DNA of 64,000 nucleotides from Alphaproteobacteria bacterium (GTDB lineage Bacteria; Pseudomonadota; Alphaproteobacteria; CAAHEQ01; UBA3637): NCBI GenBank assembly GCA_045660045.1, contig JAZRDB010000007.1, positions 5,180 through 69,179 on the forward strand, read 5' to 3'. Positions 54,788 through 64,000 of this stretch are shown here, piece after piece; the stretch's first letter is position 1; every line of letters begins with the position of its first letter. A model generated the notes under the pieces. That model saw nothing but the letters and a program-made list of their open reading frames with translations. It was not told the DNA's origin and made no database searches. The position numbers and the translations under genes were made by a program.

Positions 54788-57191
54788 AGATAAAAAATTG
54801 ACCTTATCTGGTAAAACTTTGTCATTGGGCGGCACATTGCGTCCGAACATGGGTACACACAGCGGTGTTCAAGTTGAAGTGCGCAAACAACGTCGCATTA
54901 TTACACCGGAACAAAAACCGGCAGCGATGACACAAGATGCTGCCCAAAAATTAAAACTGTTGCAGGAAGCACAACGTGTGGCAGAACATGCTAAGCAATT
55001 AGAGGCGGAACGCCAAGCTCAAGCGGAAAAGGCGCGTCAAGAACAAGAACGTCGGGCGGCCGAAGAAGCCAAACGCCAAGCCGAAATTGAACAACAAGCG
55101 GCAGAGGCAATTGTTGAATCACAACAAGATAAGCCCCAAAAAACATTTAATGAAAATAAGAAAAAAGATTTAGATGAAATTTTAGCGGCAAAGAAACAAA
55201 AAGAAATGGAACAAGCCATGAATCGTGGCAAGGGTTCTTTCGAAGAAAAACGCGCCAATAAAATGAATCTGAACGCCTATAAACAATATTCCGCTGGGGA
55301 TGATGAAGATTCTGATGATGAGGCGGGTCCGCACCATCACAGACGGTCGTTGGCATCCATCAAACGCGCTCGTGAAAAGCAATATCAAAAGTTTTTGAAT
55401 GCCCAAAAAGGACCGGCTGAAAAAGTTATTCATGATGTGATTATTCCAGAAACAATCACTGTGCAAGAATTGGCCTCTCGTATGGCCGAAAAAGGTGCGG
55501 ATGTTGTGAAAACATTGATGAAATTGGGCATGATGGTGACTATTACTCAGACAATCGATGCTGATACAGCTGAATTGGTTGTGACGGAAATGGGACACCG
55601 TGTCAAACAACGTGTGGCCGAATCTGATGTGGAAAATGTGTTGAAACACGATGATATTCCGGAATCTGAATTTGAGCCACGTCCACCTGTTGTAACCGTG
55701 ATGGGACACGTGGATCATGGTAAAACATCTTTATTAGATGCTTTGCGTTCCACAAACGTGGCGGCCAAAGAATCCGGCGGTATTACCCAACATATCGGTG
55801 CTTATCAGGTTGTGTTGGAAAGTGGTAAAAAAATCACCTTTATTGATACACCGGGGCACGAAGCCTTTACTGCTATGCGTGCGCGTGGCGCTCAGGTAAC
55901 GGATATCGTTATTTTGGTGGTTGCGGCGAATGACAGTGTGATGCCTCAAACCATTGAAGCGATCAACCATGCCAAAGCAGCCAATGTGCCTTTAATCGTT
56001 GCTATCAACAAGATGGATGTGCCGGGCGCTAACCCCAACAAAGTGCGCACAGATTTGTTGCAACATGGCGTTGCGGTGGAATCCATGGGCGGTGACGTGT
56101 TGGAAGTGGAAGTTTCTGCCAAACAAAAAACAAACTTAGATAAGTTGGTGGAAGCTATTTTATTGCAGGCCGAAATGTTGGATTTAAAGGCTCCAAAGAA
56201 ATGTCCAGCCGAAGGTGTTGTGGTGGAAGCCCGTATGGAAAAAGGACGTGGCTCTGTGGCAACTATTTTGGTGAAAAAGGGCACACTTCATATCGGCGAT
56301 CTGTTTGTGACGGGTCAAGAATGGGGACGTGTGCGCTCTATGTCTAATGCCAAAAATCAAGTGTTGGAAACGGCCGAACCCGCTCAACCTGTGGAAGTCA
56401 TTGGACTCAACGGAACACCATCTGCTGGTGATGACTTTGTGGTTGTTGAAGACGAACAAACGGCGCGCGATATTTCCGCCTATCGTCAAAGAAAAGCCCG
56501 CGAATTATTGAACGTCAAACGCATGGGCGGAACGGAAGGCTTGTTGGCTCAAATCAAAGCAGGTCAAATCAAGGAAGTGCCTGTCTTAATCAAAGCTGAC
56601 GTGCAAGGTTCTGTGGAAGCGTTGATTGGTATTTTAAGTAAAATTAAGAATGACGAAATTAAAGTCAATATCGTACACAGTGCTGTGGGTGGTATCAACG
56701 AAACGGATATCGCGTTGGCTCGGGCCAGTAATGCATTGGTTGTCGGCTTTAACGTACGCGCAAACCAAGGTGCTCGCAATGCCGCCAAACGTGATGGGGT
56801 AGATATCCGTTATTATTCCATCATCTATGATGTTGCTGATGATATCAAGAAAGTGGTGGAAGGTATGTTGACGCCAGAAGAACACGAAAAGATTATCGGT
56901 TATGCCGAAGTGCGCCAAGTAATTTCCATCTCCAAGGTCGGCAAGATTGCTGGTTGTATGGTGACAGAAGGCGTGATTAAACGTGGTGCAAAGGTTCGCT
57001 TGCTGCGCAACGATACCGTGATTTACACAGGTGATTTGGAACAATTAAAACGCATGAAAGACGATGTGCGTGAAGTGAAAGAATCATTTGAGTGCGGTGT
57101 GAAATTGGCCAAGTTTGACGATATCAAAGAAGGCGACATTGTGGAATGCTTTGAAATGGAGCAAACCGCGGTGAAGTTTGTGGCAAATTAA
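54780..57191 (+). CDS. infB: Translation initiation factor IF-2
   Basis: 803 aa with a charged E/K/Q-rich N-terminal region and the G domain [22 protein letters not shown] and NKMD. Confidence 0.97.
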   Translation: MSEDKKLTLSGKTLSLGGTLRPNMGTHSGVQVEVRKQRRIITPEQKPAAMTQDAAQKLKLLQEAQRVAEHAKQLEAERQAQAEKARQEQERRAAEEAKRQAEIEQQAAEAIVESQQDKPQKTFNENKKKDLDEILAAKKQKEMEQAMNRGKGSFEEKRANKMNLNAYKQYSAGDDEDSDDEAGPHHHRRSLASIKRAREKQYQKFLNAQKGPAEKVIHDVIIPETITVQELASRMAEKGADVVKTLMKLGMMVTITQTIDADTAELVVTEMGHRVKQRVAESDVENVLKHDDIPESEFEPRPPVVTVMGHVDHGKTSLLDALRSTNVAAKESGGITQHIGAYQVVLESGKKITFIDTPGHEAFTAMRARGAQVTDIVILVVAANDSVMPQTIEAINHAKAANVPLIVAINKMDVPGANPNKVRTDLLQHGVAVESMGGDVLEVEVSAKQKTNLDKLVEAILLQAEMLDLKAPKKCPAEGVVVEARMEKGRGSVATILVKKGTLHIGDLFVTGQEWGRVRSMSNAKNQVLETAEPAQPVEVIGLNGTPSAGDDFVVVEDEQTARDISAYRQRKARELLNVKRMGGTEGLLAQIKAGQIKEVPVLIKADVQGSVEALIGILSKIKNDEIKVNIVHSAVGGINETDIALARASNALVVGFNVRANQGARNAAKRDGVDIRYYSIIYDVADDIKKVVEGMLTPEEHEKIIGYAEVRQVISISKVGKIAGCMVTEGVIKRGAKVRLLRNDTVIYTGDLEQLKRMKDDVREVKESFECGVKLAKFDDIKEGDIVECFEMEQTAVKFVAN

Positions 57192-57200
57192 GGAGCATTT

Positions 57201-57587
57201 ATGAGAAGCAAAAAAGCCCCATCGGAAAGACAATTGCGTGTAGCAGAGGAAATCCAACATGTGTTGGCGATGTTATTGATTCACAATAACTTTTTCATTA
57301 CGGGTTTGAAGGCGCCGTACATTATGCTGACCGAGGTGGATATCTCGTCCGACTTGTCTTTTGCGCGGATTTTTGTGCGGGCAATTCCGCCTGTTGATAC
57401 AAAAGAACAGGTTGCACTTTTACGGGAACATAAGGGGCTTTTTCGCAAAGAAATTGGTCAAAAAATTCGCTTGCGGATTGTACCGGATTTGGACTTTGTG
57501 GCGGATACGCGCCGCGAAAATGCCGATCGCATTGAAGAATTGTTGAATTCTCCAAAAGTAAAGGCCGACCTTGAACACAAAGAATAA
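57201..57587 (+). CDS. rbfA: Ribosome-binding factor A
   Basis: 128 aa containing RVAEEIQHVL and the KH-like core. Confidence 0.9.
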   Translation: MRSKKAPSERQLRVAEEIQHVLAMLLIHNNFFITGLKAPYIMLTEVDISSDLSFARIFVRAIPPVDTKEQVALLREHKGLFRKEIGQKIRLRIVPDLDFVADTRRENADRIEELLNSPKVKADLEHKE

Positions 57588-58479
57588 CCTGAATGGTTTT
57601 TTGGTGATTGATAAGCCCTATGAGATGGGCTCGACAAAGGTTGTTTCTGTTCTAAAACATTTTTTACATCCCACAAAAATCGGTCATGCGGGGACTTTGG
57701 ATCCGTTGGCAACGGGTGTTTTGCCGATTGCATTTGGTAAGGCAACACGCCTGATTCCTTATGTGATGGCAGGCAAAAAGACCTATCAATTCACTATTAA
57801 ATGGGGCGTGGAGACGGACAGTGATGATTTGGCAGGTAAAGAAATTGCAACCAGTGATAAGATTCCATCAGAAGATGAAATTAAGTCCATTTTGCCCAAA
57901 TTTATCGGCGAAATCATGCAAACGCCGAGTGCTTTTTCGGCTCTAAAAGTTGATGGCAAGCGCGCCTATGAGTTGGCGCGAGAAGGAAAAGAAGTTGAAA
58001 TAAAACCGCGATACATTACGATTTATGGATTAAAAATCTTGGAAATTCAACAAGATAATGCCACCTTTGAAGTCGTGTGCAGTAAAGGCACTTATGTGCG
58101 CACTTTGGCACATGATATGGCTCATGCTTTGGGAACGATTGGTGTTGTAACAATGCTCCGTCGCACCTCTTGTTTGCCGTTTGATTTATCACAAGCGGTG
58201 GTACTAGATGACATTAAAACCGAAAAAATCACCACAGAAAATATCAATTTGGTCCCAATGGAAAAGGTAGTACAAAATATGCCAGAACTAACTTTTTCTG
58301 AAACGGAAATAAAACGTTTGTCACAGGGGCAACGTCTTTCTTGGAACAAATTAGAAACAACTCAGCCCAATGTGCCAGACGGCATTTATTGTGTCAAAAT
58401 GGATCAAAAAACACTAGGTCTTGTCAAAAAAGATGGTTCTGTTATTCGCCCCGAATTCATTTGGTTGGAATTAAAATAA
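57571..58479 (+). CDS. truB: tRNA pseudouridine(55) synthase TruB
   Basis: Contains NGFLVIDKP, HAGTLDPLATGVLPI and a PUA-like C-terminus. There is no in-frame ATG, so the start is TTG 57571 (track) or TTG/GTG at 57601/57604. Confidence 0.9.
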   Translation: MNTKNNLNGFLVIDKPYEMGSTKVVSVLKHFLHPTKIGHAGTLDPLATGVLPIAFGKATRLIPYVMAGKKTYQFTIKWGVETDSDDLAGKEIATSDKIPSEDEIKSILPKFIGEIMQTPSAFSALKVDGKRAYELAREGKEVEIKPRYITIYGLKILEIQQDNATFEVVCSKGTYVRTLAHDMAHALGTIGVVTMLRRTSCLPFDLSQAVVLDDIKTEKITTENINLVPMEKVVQNMPELTFSETEIKRLSQGQRLSWNKLETTQPNVPDGIYCVKMDQKTLGLVKKDGSVIRPEFIWLELK

Positions 58480-58483
58480 TCAC

Positions 58484-58512
58484 TTGATTTTTGTAAAAAA
58501 ATCGTGTATAAT
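58484..58512 (+). promoter_or_regulatory. rpsO promoter
   Basis: TTGATT, 17-nt spacer, TATAAT. A leader of about 105 nt follows. Confidence 0.6.
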
Positions 58513-58622
58513 AACTCCGTTGTTTTCGATGAAAGCAAGATTGACCTAACTGACCGATATCTCGGTTAAGTGCCGGTTTTGTGGGAGAAAACAGCTGATT
58601 AACAATAAAGAAAGGATATACG

Positions 58623-58892
58623 ATGTCGTTGACAAAAGAAGCTAAACAAAAGCTGATTGCTGAATTTGCAGTCACAAAAGGCGATACAGGTTCACCTGAA
58701 GTACAAATCGCTGTTTTAACAGAAAAGATCAATGCTTTAGCAGAACACATGAAGACACACGCCAAGGATTTTCACTCCCGTCGCGGATTGAATTCTATGG
58801 TGACAAAACGTCGTCAATTGTTGGCTTATGTTAAAAAGCAAGACAATGCTCGTTATGAGGATTTGATTGCCCGCTTGAAATTGCGGAAATAA
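58623..58892 (+). CDS. rpsO: 30S ribosomal protein S15
   Basis: 89 aa beginning [15 protein letters not shown]...[11 protein letters not shown] and containing DFHSRRGL. Confidence 0.97.
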   Translation: MSLTKEAKQKLIAEFAVTKGDTGSPEVQIAVLTEKINALAEHMKTHAKDFHSRRGLNSMVTKRRQLLAYVKKQDNARYEDLIARLKLRK

Positions 58893-58898
58893 TTTCTC

Positions 58899-58929
58899 GG
58901 CTTGGGGTGTCAAGGGACACCCTAAAGCC
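58899..58929 (+). terminator. rpsO-pnp intergenic hairpin (terminator or processing site)
   Basis: GGCTT-GGGGTGTC-AAGG-GACACCC-TAAAGCC nested stem with a weak T-tract. The equivalent E. coli hairpin serves as the rpsO terminator and as an RNase III/PNPase autoregulation site. Confidence 0.55.
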
Positions 58930-58967
58930 TCTTGTATGTATGAATGATGATGAAAGGAAAAAATTAT

Positions 58968-61157
58968 ATGTCAATTTTTACAACATTTAAGAAGGAAATC
59001 ACTTGGGGAGGCAAAACCCTGTCAATTGAAACAGGTAAAATCGGTCGTCAAGCCGATGGATCCGTGATTGTCCGTTATGGAGATACAATGATTCACGCCA
59101 CAGTGTGTGCGGCGAAGACAAAACCAGAAACTTTTGAAGACTTTATTCCGCTGACAGTGAATTACCAGGAAAAAACATATTCTGCTGGTCGAATTCCTGG
59201 CGGCTTTTTCAAACGCGAAGGCAAACCCAGCGAACACGAAGTGTTGGTCAGCCGTTTAATTGACCGTCCAATTCGCCCGTTGTTTGTGAAGGGCTTCAAC
59301 AATGAAACTCAGGTCGTTTGTACTTTGATTTCTTATGACAAAAAAACGCAAGCCGATATTGTGGCTATGATTGCGGCTTCCGCTGCCATCACGATTTCCG
59401 GTTTGCCATTCTTGGGCCCAATTGCTGGTGCCCGCGTTGGATATATCGATGGTCAATATGTGTTGAACCCAGACATTCAACAAATGAAAAACACCGATTT
59501 GGATTTGGTTGTTGCTGGTACAAAAGAAGGTGTGTTGATGGTTGAATCCGAAGCTCAAGAATTATCCGAAGAGGTTATGTTGGGTGCTGTGGAATTTGGT
59601 CATGAAAGCTTGAAGCCGGTCATTGATCTGATCATCTCTTTGGCTGAAGAATGTGCCAAAGAACCATGGGAAGTTCAACAAGAACCTGCCGAATACGAAG
59701 CTGTTCGCACAGAAATCAAGGAAAAGTTGGGCGACAAGATTGCGGATGCTTATAAAATCCACAATAAATTGGAACGCCAAACAACTTTGGATGCTATTCG
59801 TGAAGAAGCCAAAGCCTTGTTTGAAGGTAAAGAAGTGGAATTGTCCATTTATGAAAAGGTGTTCCATGAAATTGAATATCGTACCGTGCGTGATTCCATT
59901 TTGGCCGGTAATCCACGTATTGACGGACGCGATACAAAGACCGTGCGTGTAATTGAAACAGAAGTTGGTTTGTTGCCAAAGGCCCATGGTTCCGCGTTAT
60001 TCACACGTGGTGAAACACAGGCAATGGTGGTAACCACTTTGGGCACAGAAGATGATGAACAAATCATTGATTCTTTGGATGGCGAACAAAGTGAACACTT
60101 TATGTTGCATTACAACTTCCCGCCATATTCAGTGGGCGAAGTGGGGCGTTTAGGATCCCCAGGTCGTCGTGAAATTGGTCACGGTAAATTGGCTTGGCGC
60201 GCAATCCATACAATGTTGCCAAGCAAGGAAGAATTCCCATACACAATTCGCGTTGTGTCTGATATTATGGAATCTAATGGATCTTCTTCTATGGCGACGG
60301 TTTGTGGTTCCACATTGTCCTTGATGGACGCTGGTGTGCCGATGAAGAAACCAGTGGCCGGTATTGCAATGGGACTTATCAAAGAAGGCGACAAATTTGC
60401 AGTCTTAACCGACATCTTGGGTGATGAAGATCACTTGGGTGATATGGACTTTAAGGTTGCTGGTACAAAAGATGGTGTGACCGCTTTGCAGATGGATATT
60501 AAGATTACATCCATTACAAAAGAAATCATGAAGATCGCTTTGGAGCAAGCTCACGAAGGTCGTATGCACATTTTGGGCAAAATGGCTGAATCCATTGCCG
60601 AACCTCGTGCAGAAGTCAGCCCGAACGCTCCACGTATTCAATCTTTCCAAATTGATAAGGAAAAGATTCGCGACGTGATCGGTTCCGGTGGTAAGACCAT
60701 TCGTGAAATCACAGAAAAAACAGGCGCAACTGTCAACATCAATGAAGATGGTATCGTGTCTGTGGCTGCTGTGGATGGTGAAGTGGCTCAAGCTGCTATC
60801 GATTGGATCAAGGGTATTGTTGCCGAACCAGAAAAAGGTAAAGTGTACGATGGTACTGTTGTAAAAATCATGGACTTTGGTGCGTTCGTGAACTTTATGC
60901 CAAACCGCGATGGCTTGGTCCATGTATCCGAAATTAAACCGGAACGCGTGGAAAAAGTGACAGACGTGTTGAAGGAAGGCGACAAGGTCAAGGTTTTGTG
61001 CCAAGGTGCTGATAACCGTGGCAAGATCAAATTGTCTATGAAGCGTGTCAATCAAGAAACAGGCGAAATCATTGAATTGCCTGAAAAGAAAAAGCACGCC
61101 GAAGGTGAAAAAGAGGCAAAGCCCGCCGAGGATCCTGCTGAAACACCAGCTGAATAA
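58968..61157 (+). CDS. pnp: Polyribonucleotide nucleotidyltransferase (PNPase)
   Basis: Start refined to ATG 58968 (AAAGGA SD). It has two RNase PH domains, then KH and S1 domains and an acidic/Pro tail. Confidence 0.97.
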   Translation: MSIFTTFKKEITWGGKTLSIETGKIGRQADGSVIVRYGDTMIHATVCAAKTKPETFEDFIPLTVNYQEKTYSAGRIPGGFFKREGKPSEHEVLVSRLIDRPIRPLFVKGFNNETQVVCTLISYDKKTQADIVAMIAASAAITISGLPFLGPIAGARVGYIDGQYVLNPDIQQMKNTDLDLVVAGTKEGVLMVESEAQELSEEVMLGAVEFGHESLKPVIDLIISLAEECAKEPWEVQQEPAEYEAVRTEIKEKLGDKIADAYKIHNKLERQTTLDAIREEAKALFEGKEVELSIYEKVFHEIEYRTVRDSILAGNPRIDGRDTKTVRVIETEVGLLPKAHGSALFTRGETQAMVVTTLGTEDDEQIIDSLDGEQSEHFMLHYNFPPYSVGEVGRLGSPGRREIGHGKLAWRAIHTMLPSKEEFPYTIRVVSDIMESNGSSSMATVCGSTLSLMDAGVPMKKPVAGIAMGLIKEGDKFAVLTDILGDEDHLGDMDFKVAGTKDGVTALQMDIKITSITKEIMKIALEQAHEGRMHILGKMAESIAEPRAEVSPNAPRIQSFQIDKEKIRDVIGSGGKTIREITEKTGATVNINEDGIVSVAAVDGEVAQAAIDWIKGIVAEPEKGKVYDGTVVKIMDFGAFVNFMPNRDGLVHVSEIKPERVEKVTDVLKEGDKVKVLCQGADNRGKIKLSMKRVNQETGEIIELPEKKKHAEGEKEAKPAEDPAETPAE

Positions 61158-61172
61158 GGAAAAACAATAAAA

Positions 61173-61203
61173 AGCGCCCCCGGTTTTACGGGGCGTTTTT
61201 TTG
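61173..61203 (+). terminator. Intrinsic terminator after pnp
   Basis: GCGCCCC(CG)-GTTTTA-CGGGGCG hairpin followed by T8. Confidence 0.8.
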
Positions 61204-61275
61204 TGTGCTGTCCATAAAAACTTCTTGCAAAATATTCAGAAAAAGGTAATGATAAAGAAAAAGAGGAGGTTTCTT

Positions 61276-62682
61276 ATGTTTGAACGCTTTTTACATGGGG
61301 TATCAAAAACAACAGCGGAAAAGCCAACATCCGCGCCAAAAGCACCATCAAGCGCGCCTGTGCGTCCAGCTATGACAGCCCCTGTACAGCCCGTATCAAC
61401 ACCTGTTGCTGAACCTTCTGCAGCGCCAACCGAACCGATGATTGATTCTACCAATCCAACGGCTCGTCCACCGATGGCACACACTCCAATGCAAGGAAAT
61501 GAAATGCCGTCTGCAAATATTGTGCCAGAATTACCGGACGAAGAGGAAGCTCCAGAAGATGCTTTGCCTGTCAACGAAGAACCAGATAGTACGCCAGCGC
61601 CAGAGCCTCCGTCATTTTTAAAAACGCCAGAACAGACGAAAGTAGGAGATAGTGAAGTAGTTGAAAAAAAGGCGCCAGTAGTGCAGCCATCCATAGGGGC
61701 AGTTAAAGAACCAGAAACGGTTAAAGGCGAATCATTGCATACCGTCGATTTTGCGGATATTTGGTATACGCCAGAAGGAAAGGCTTATGTGCGGGACAGG
61801 ACAACACGATTTGCTTTGACACCTATTGAAACGGATGATTTGGAAGATTTTCATAAAGTCTTGGAACAAGGTTATACAGGGATATCAAGCTATGCTGTTC
61901 GTTTTGCGGGTGATTCCTATCGTGTGGAACGCGTCAATACCTTGGACGGCATTCAATTTAACTGTCGTAAAATGCCAACCACAACGCCGGAAATCGAAAC
62001 ACTTGGATTTGAACCTGCAATTGTGAAACATTTAACAAGTTTAGGACGATCTTCTGGTTTGTTATTGTTTGCCGGTCCAACGGGACAAGGAAAAACGACG
62101 ACAGTATCTTCCTTAATGAAGCGTTTTTTGGACACGGACGGTGGTTTTTTGTATACGATTGAGGATCCTCCCGAAATGCCATTGTCCGGAATTTACCATT
62201 CTAAAAATGGTGGTTTAGGTCTTTGTAAGCAATCGCCCGTGGAGAACGATCAGTGGGGAGCAGGGTTGAGATCTGCCCTGCGTTCTAAGCCACGGTATAT
62301 CTTGGTGGGCGAAATCAGAACACCAGAAACGGCGAGCCAATGTTTAATTGCGGCAACGTCCGGACACTTGGTGTTGTCCACTATTCACGCAAATGGCGTG
62401 GAAGATGCTTTGAATTCTATCATTAAATATGCGGCATCGACGGGACTGGATAACAGCCTTGTGGCAGACCTTTTGGCTCGGGGTATCTTAGGGGTTGTTT
62501 ACCAACGTTTAGAGGGAACATCAAAATTAAAATTGGTGTATCAATCGGCTTTTGCAAATCCTAATGCTCAAGCAGCCGATCAAATGAGAATGGCCATTCG
62601 TGATACGAATATTAATTTGGCCACATTTATGGAACAACAAAAAACCCGCATGGAGCGTGGGTTGCCAATGTTTAGGGAGTAA
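61276..62682 (+). CDS. PilT/GspE-family (T2SSE) secretion ATPase with a ~190-aa Pro/Ala/Glu-rich N-terminal extension
   Basis: Start refined to ATG 61276 (AGAGGAGG SD). The core carries Walker A GPTGQGKTTT, the Asp box TIEDPPE, Walker B YILVGEIR, the His box GHLVLSTIHAN, and a PilT-like N-domain (YRVERVN...CRKMP). Confidence 0.8.
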   Translation: MFERFLHGVSKTTAEKPTSAPKAPSSAPVRPAMTAPVQPVSTPVAEPSAAPTEPMIDSTNPTARPPMAHTPMQGNEMPSANIVPELPDEEEAPEDALPVNEEPDSTPAPEPPSFLKTPEQTKVGDSEVVEKKAPVVQPSIGAVKEPETVKGESLHTVDFADIWYTPEGKAYVRDRTTRFALTPIETDDLEDFHKVLEQGYTGISSYAVRFAGDSYRVERVNTLDGIQFNCRKMPTTTPEIETLGFEPAIVKHLTSLGRSSGLLLFAGPTGQGKTTTVSSLMKRFLDTDGGFLYTIEDPPEMPLSGIYHSKNGGLGLCKQSPVENDQWGAGLRSALRSKPRYILVGEIRTPETASQCLIAATSGHLVLSTIHANGVEDALNSIIKYAASTGLDNSLVADLLARGILGVVYQRLEGTSKLKLVYQSAFANPNAQAADQMRMAIRDTNINLATFMEQQKTRMERGLPMFRE

Positions 62683-62686
62683 GAAA

Positions 62687-62869
62687 ATGAATGGTATTTC
62701 AGAATTTTTTGCGTTTATTTTAAGTCCTGTGACAACGTTTTTGTCCGAGGTAGCGGCTCAATTCCAATCAGCATCAAGCTATGTATTAACGTTCTTGATG
62801 TCCTTTTTAAAAGGCATTGTGAACGTGTTGCAAGCCATTGTGAATTTGTTGAATATTGGTAATTATTAA
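62687..62869 (+). CDS. Small hydrophobic/helical hypothetical protein (60 aa)
   Basis: The ATG lies 4 nt after the ATPase stop, with a GGGAG SD. The product begins MNGISEFFAFILSPVTTFLSEV... Confidence 0.45.
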   Translation: MNGISEFFAFILSPVTTFLSEVAAQFQSASSYVLTFLMSFLKGIVNVLQAIVNLLNIGNY

Positions 62870-63204
62870 CGGCGTTCTTTAACTTGATGATGGACGGGTT
62901 GATATCTGTTTTGCAAGGTATCTTGCACCTCTTGCATCATTTCGCTTAAATAAGGCACGTTCAAGTTAATAAGTGCGCTGATAATTTTGAAAATAATGGC
63001 AATAACCAAAGTAGCGCCAATTGTTAGGCCGACACCGCGTGCAATACCGCTGACAAGGTTTAACCAAATAAGTCGAGATGTTTTATTCAGGTTGGTGACA
63101 TATTCGCCCACGCGCATCCGTTCCAGCCGATCTGCCAATTTTTCCAATTGGGTAATTTTTTCTTTTTGTTCTGGTGTTATTTGTTCTGGTTGTTTTTTGG
63201 TCAT
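62866..63204 (-). CDS. Hypothetical small membrane protein (112 aa)
   Basis: A charged N-terminal helix is followed by LIWLNLVSGIARGVGLTIGATLVIAIIF. The start overlaps the stop of the glycosyltransferase gene. Confidence 0.55.
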   Translation of the reverse strand: MTKKQPEQITPEQKEKITQLEKLADRLERMRVGEYVTNLNKTSRLIWLNLVSGIARGVGLTIGATLVIAIIFKIISALINLNVPYLSEMMQEVQDTLQNRYQPVHHQVKERR

Positions 63205-64000
63205 TTTAAAATCTCCTTATACAATTTTAAAGTTTTATCACACATCGTTTGAATAGAAAAGTGTTCATGGGTGTTGTGTGCCGCCGCTTCTTCCATCTTT
63301 TTCCGTTGAGTTGGGGACATATCTAACGCCTTATCTAAAGTTCGAGCGAGGGCCTTGATATCGTTGACAGGGGTTAAGAAGCCAGTTTTACCATCTATGA
63401 TCGTTTCTGTTGGCCCGCCATGGTTAAAAGCAATAACAATTCTGTGCATGGCATTGGCTTCTGTTATGGTACGCCCAAAGGCCTCGGGGGTTGTTCTGGC
63501 GGAAACAACGAAATCGGATAACATATATATGATGGGTATTTTTTCACTTGGAACAGATATGATTTTGACGTTTGTTTCTTTTGGTAAAGTCCGCATGGTA
63601 TCGTTCAGTTCTTTTTGATATTCAGGCGTTGCTTCTCCGCCTACCAAAAGGCAGGTAATTTCCGTGTGTTTCATTTGCTTTGCGGCTTGCAAAAATTCAA
63701 GTTGCCCTTTTATTTTTGACAAACGTCCAACCAATGTGATAATAGGTTTATCCACAGGAATTTGATTTTTTTCGATAAATTCATCAAGTTGTTTTTGCGT
63801 GATTTTTGAGGGATCAAAACGATTCAAATCAGCCCCGCGGTGAATGACATGAATTTTGTTTTCTGGGTAATGATACACATCCATTAAGTGTTTTTTGACA
63901 TAATTGGAAACAGCGATTGTGCAGACGCCTTTTAACATAGCGCTGTTATATAATTTTTTGATCGAGGGCTTAATGCCATAGATACCATGATAGGAAGCAA
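63201..64000 (-). CDS. Glycosyltransferase family 1 (GT4-like); partial, N-terminus lies beyond the right window edge
   Basis: Contains EAFGRTITEANAMHRIVIAFNHGGPTETIIDGKTGFL (GT1 EX7E region). Hand translation shows the frame stays open upstream of the track start, from 63938 to base 63998. Confidence 0.8.
   Translation of the reverse strand, partial: ASYHGIYGIKPSIKKLYNSAMLKGVCTIAVSNYVKKHLMDVYHYPENKIHVIHRGADLNRFDPSKITQKQLDEFIEKNQIPVDKPIITLVGRLSKIKGQLEFLQAAKQMKHTEITCLLVGGEATPEYQKELNDTMRTLPKETNVKIISVPSEKIPIIYMLSDFVVSARTTPEAFGRTITEANAMHRIVIAFNHGGPTETIIDGKTGFLTPVNDIKALARTLDKALDMSPTQRKKMEEAAAHNTHEHFSIQTMCDKTLKLYKEILK

Overview
This 64-kb window is chromosomal DNA from a moderately AT-rich Gram-negative bacterium. 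It is probably an alphaproteobacterium with a reduced, host-associated lifestyle. That placement is an inference from a GTTC-N7-GTTC SOS box at recA, a DUF448/ylxR gene between nusA and infB, the presence of virB3/virB4, and the absence of pyrH and cdsA from their usual clusters.

The backbone is dense housekeeping:
- gatCAB, mutS, a PhoR-like kinase, mazEF, miaA and lptE-holA.
- parB-parA-rsmG-dnaQ carrying three perfect consensus parS sites.
- greA, xseA, tadA, a pseudouridine synthase, rsmD and tkt.
- fba-rpe-phoB, thrS, a short leuA/cimA-like gene behind a leader-peptide attenuator, and tRNA-Ser(GCU).
- A short alaS, recA with its LexA box, and rpsB-(2 novel genes)-tsf-frr-uppS.
- rimP-nusA-ylxR-infB-rbfA-truB-rpsO-pnp.

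Many intergenic regions carry near-consensus TTGAC(A/T)-17-TAnnAT promoters and clear hairpin terminators. I found no rRNA, CRISPR array, transposase or integrase.

The most unusual content is a family of very cysteine-rich, eukaryote-like repeat proteins inserted singly into conserved gene neighbourhoods:
- Two of them (2192-4798 and 50107-52300) share an almost identical type IV prepilin-like leader, NESGRS[M/L]LEM followed by a hydrophobic helix.
- The first is packed 9 nt behind virB3-virB4, forming a three-gene module.
- The second is interrupted by a 1-nt frameshift in a T4G4 tract.
- The third (31023-31796) uses a Sec signal instead.

Other notable observations:
- An orphan PilT/GspE-family ATPase with a long Pro-rich N-terminal extension lies at 61276-62682.
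- Two tandem paralogous genes are wedged between rpsB and tsf.
- The 11-mer AATTACTTTGT recurs upstream of two promoters.
- greA has a GraL-like leader terminator.
- The truB tail plus the rpsO promoter is duplicated next to tRNA-Ser.
- An HNH-like protein with a second, degenerate HNH-like segment is coupled to phoB.

All calls come from reading the sequence and the translations by eye. No database search was run.
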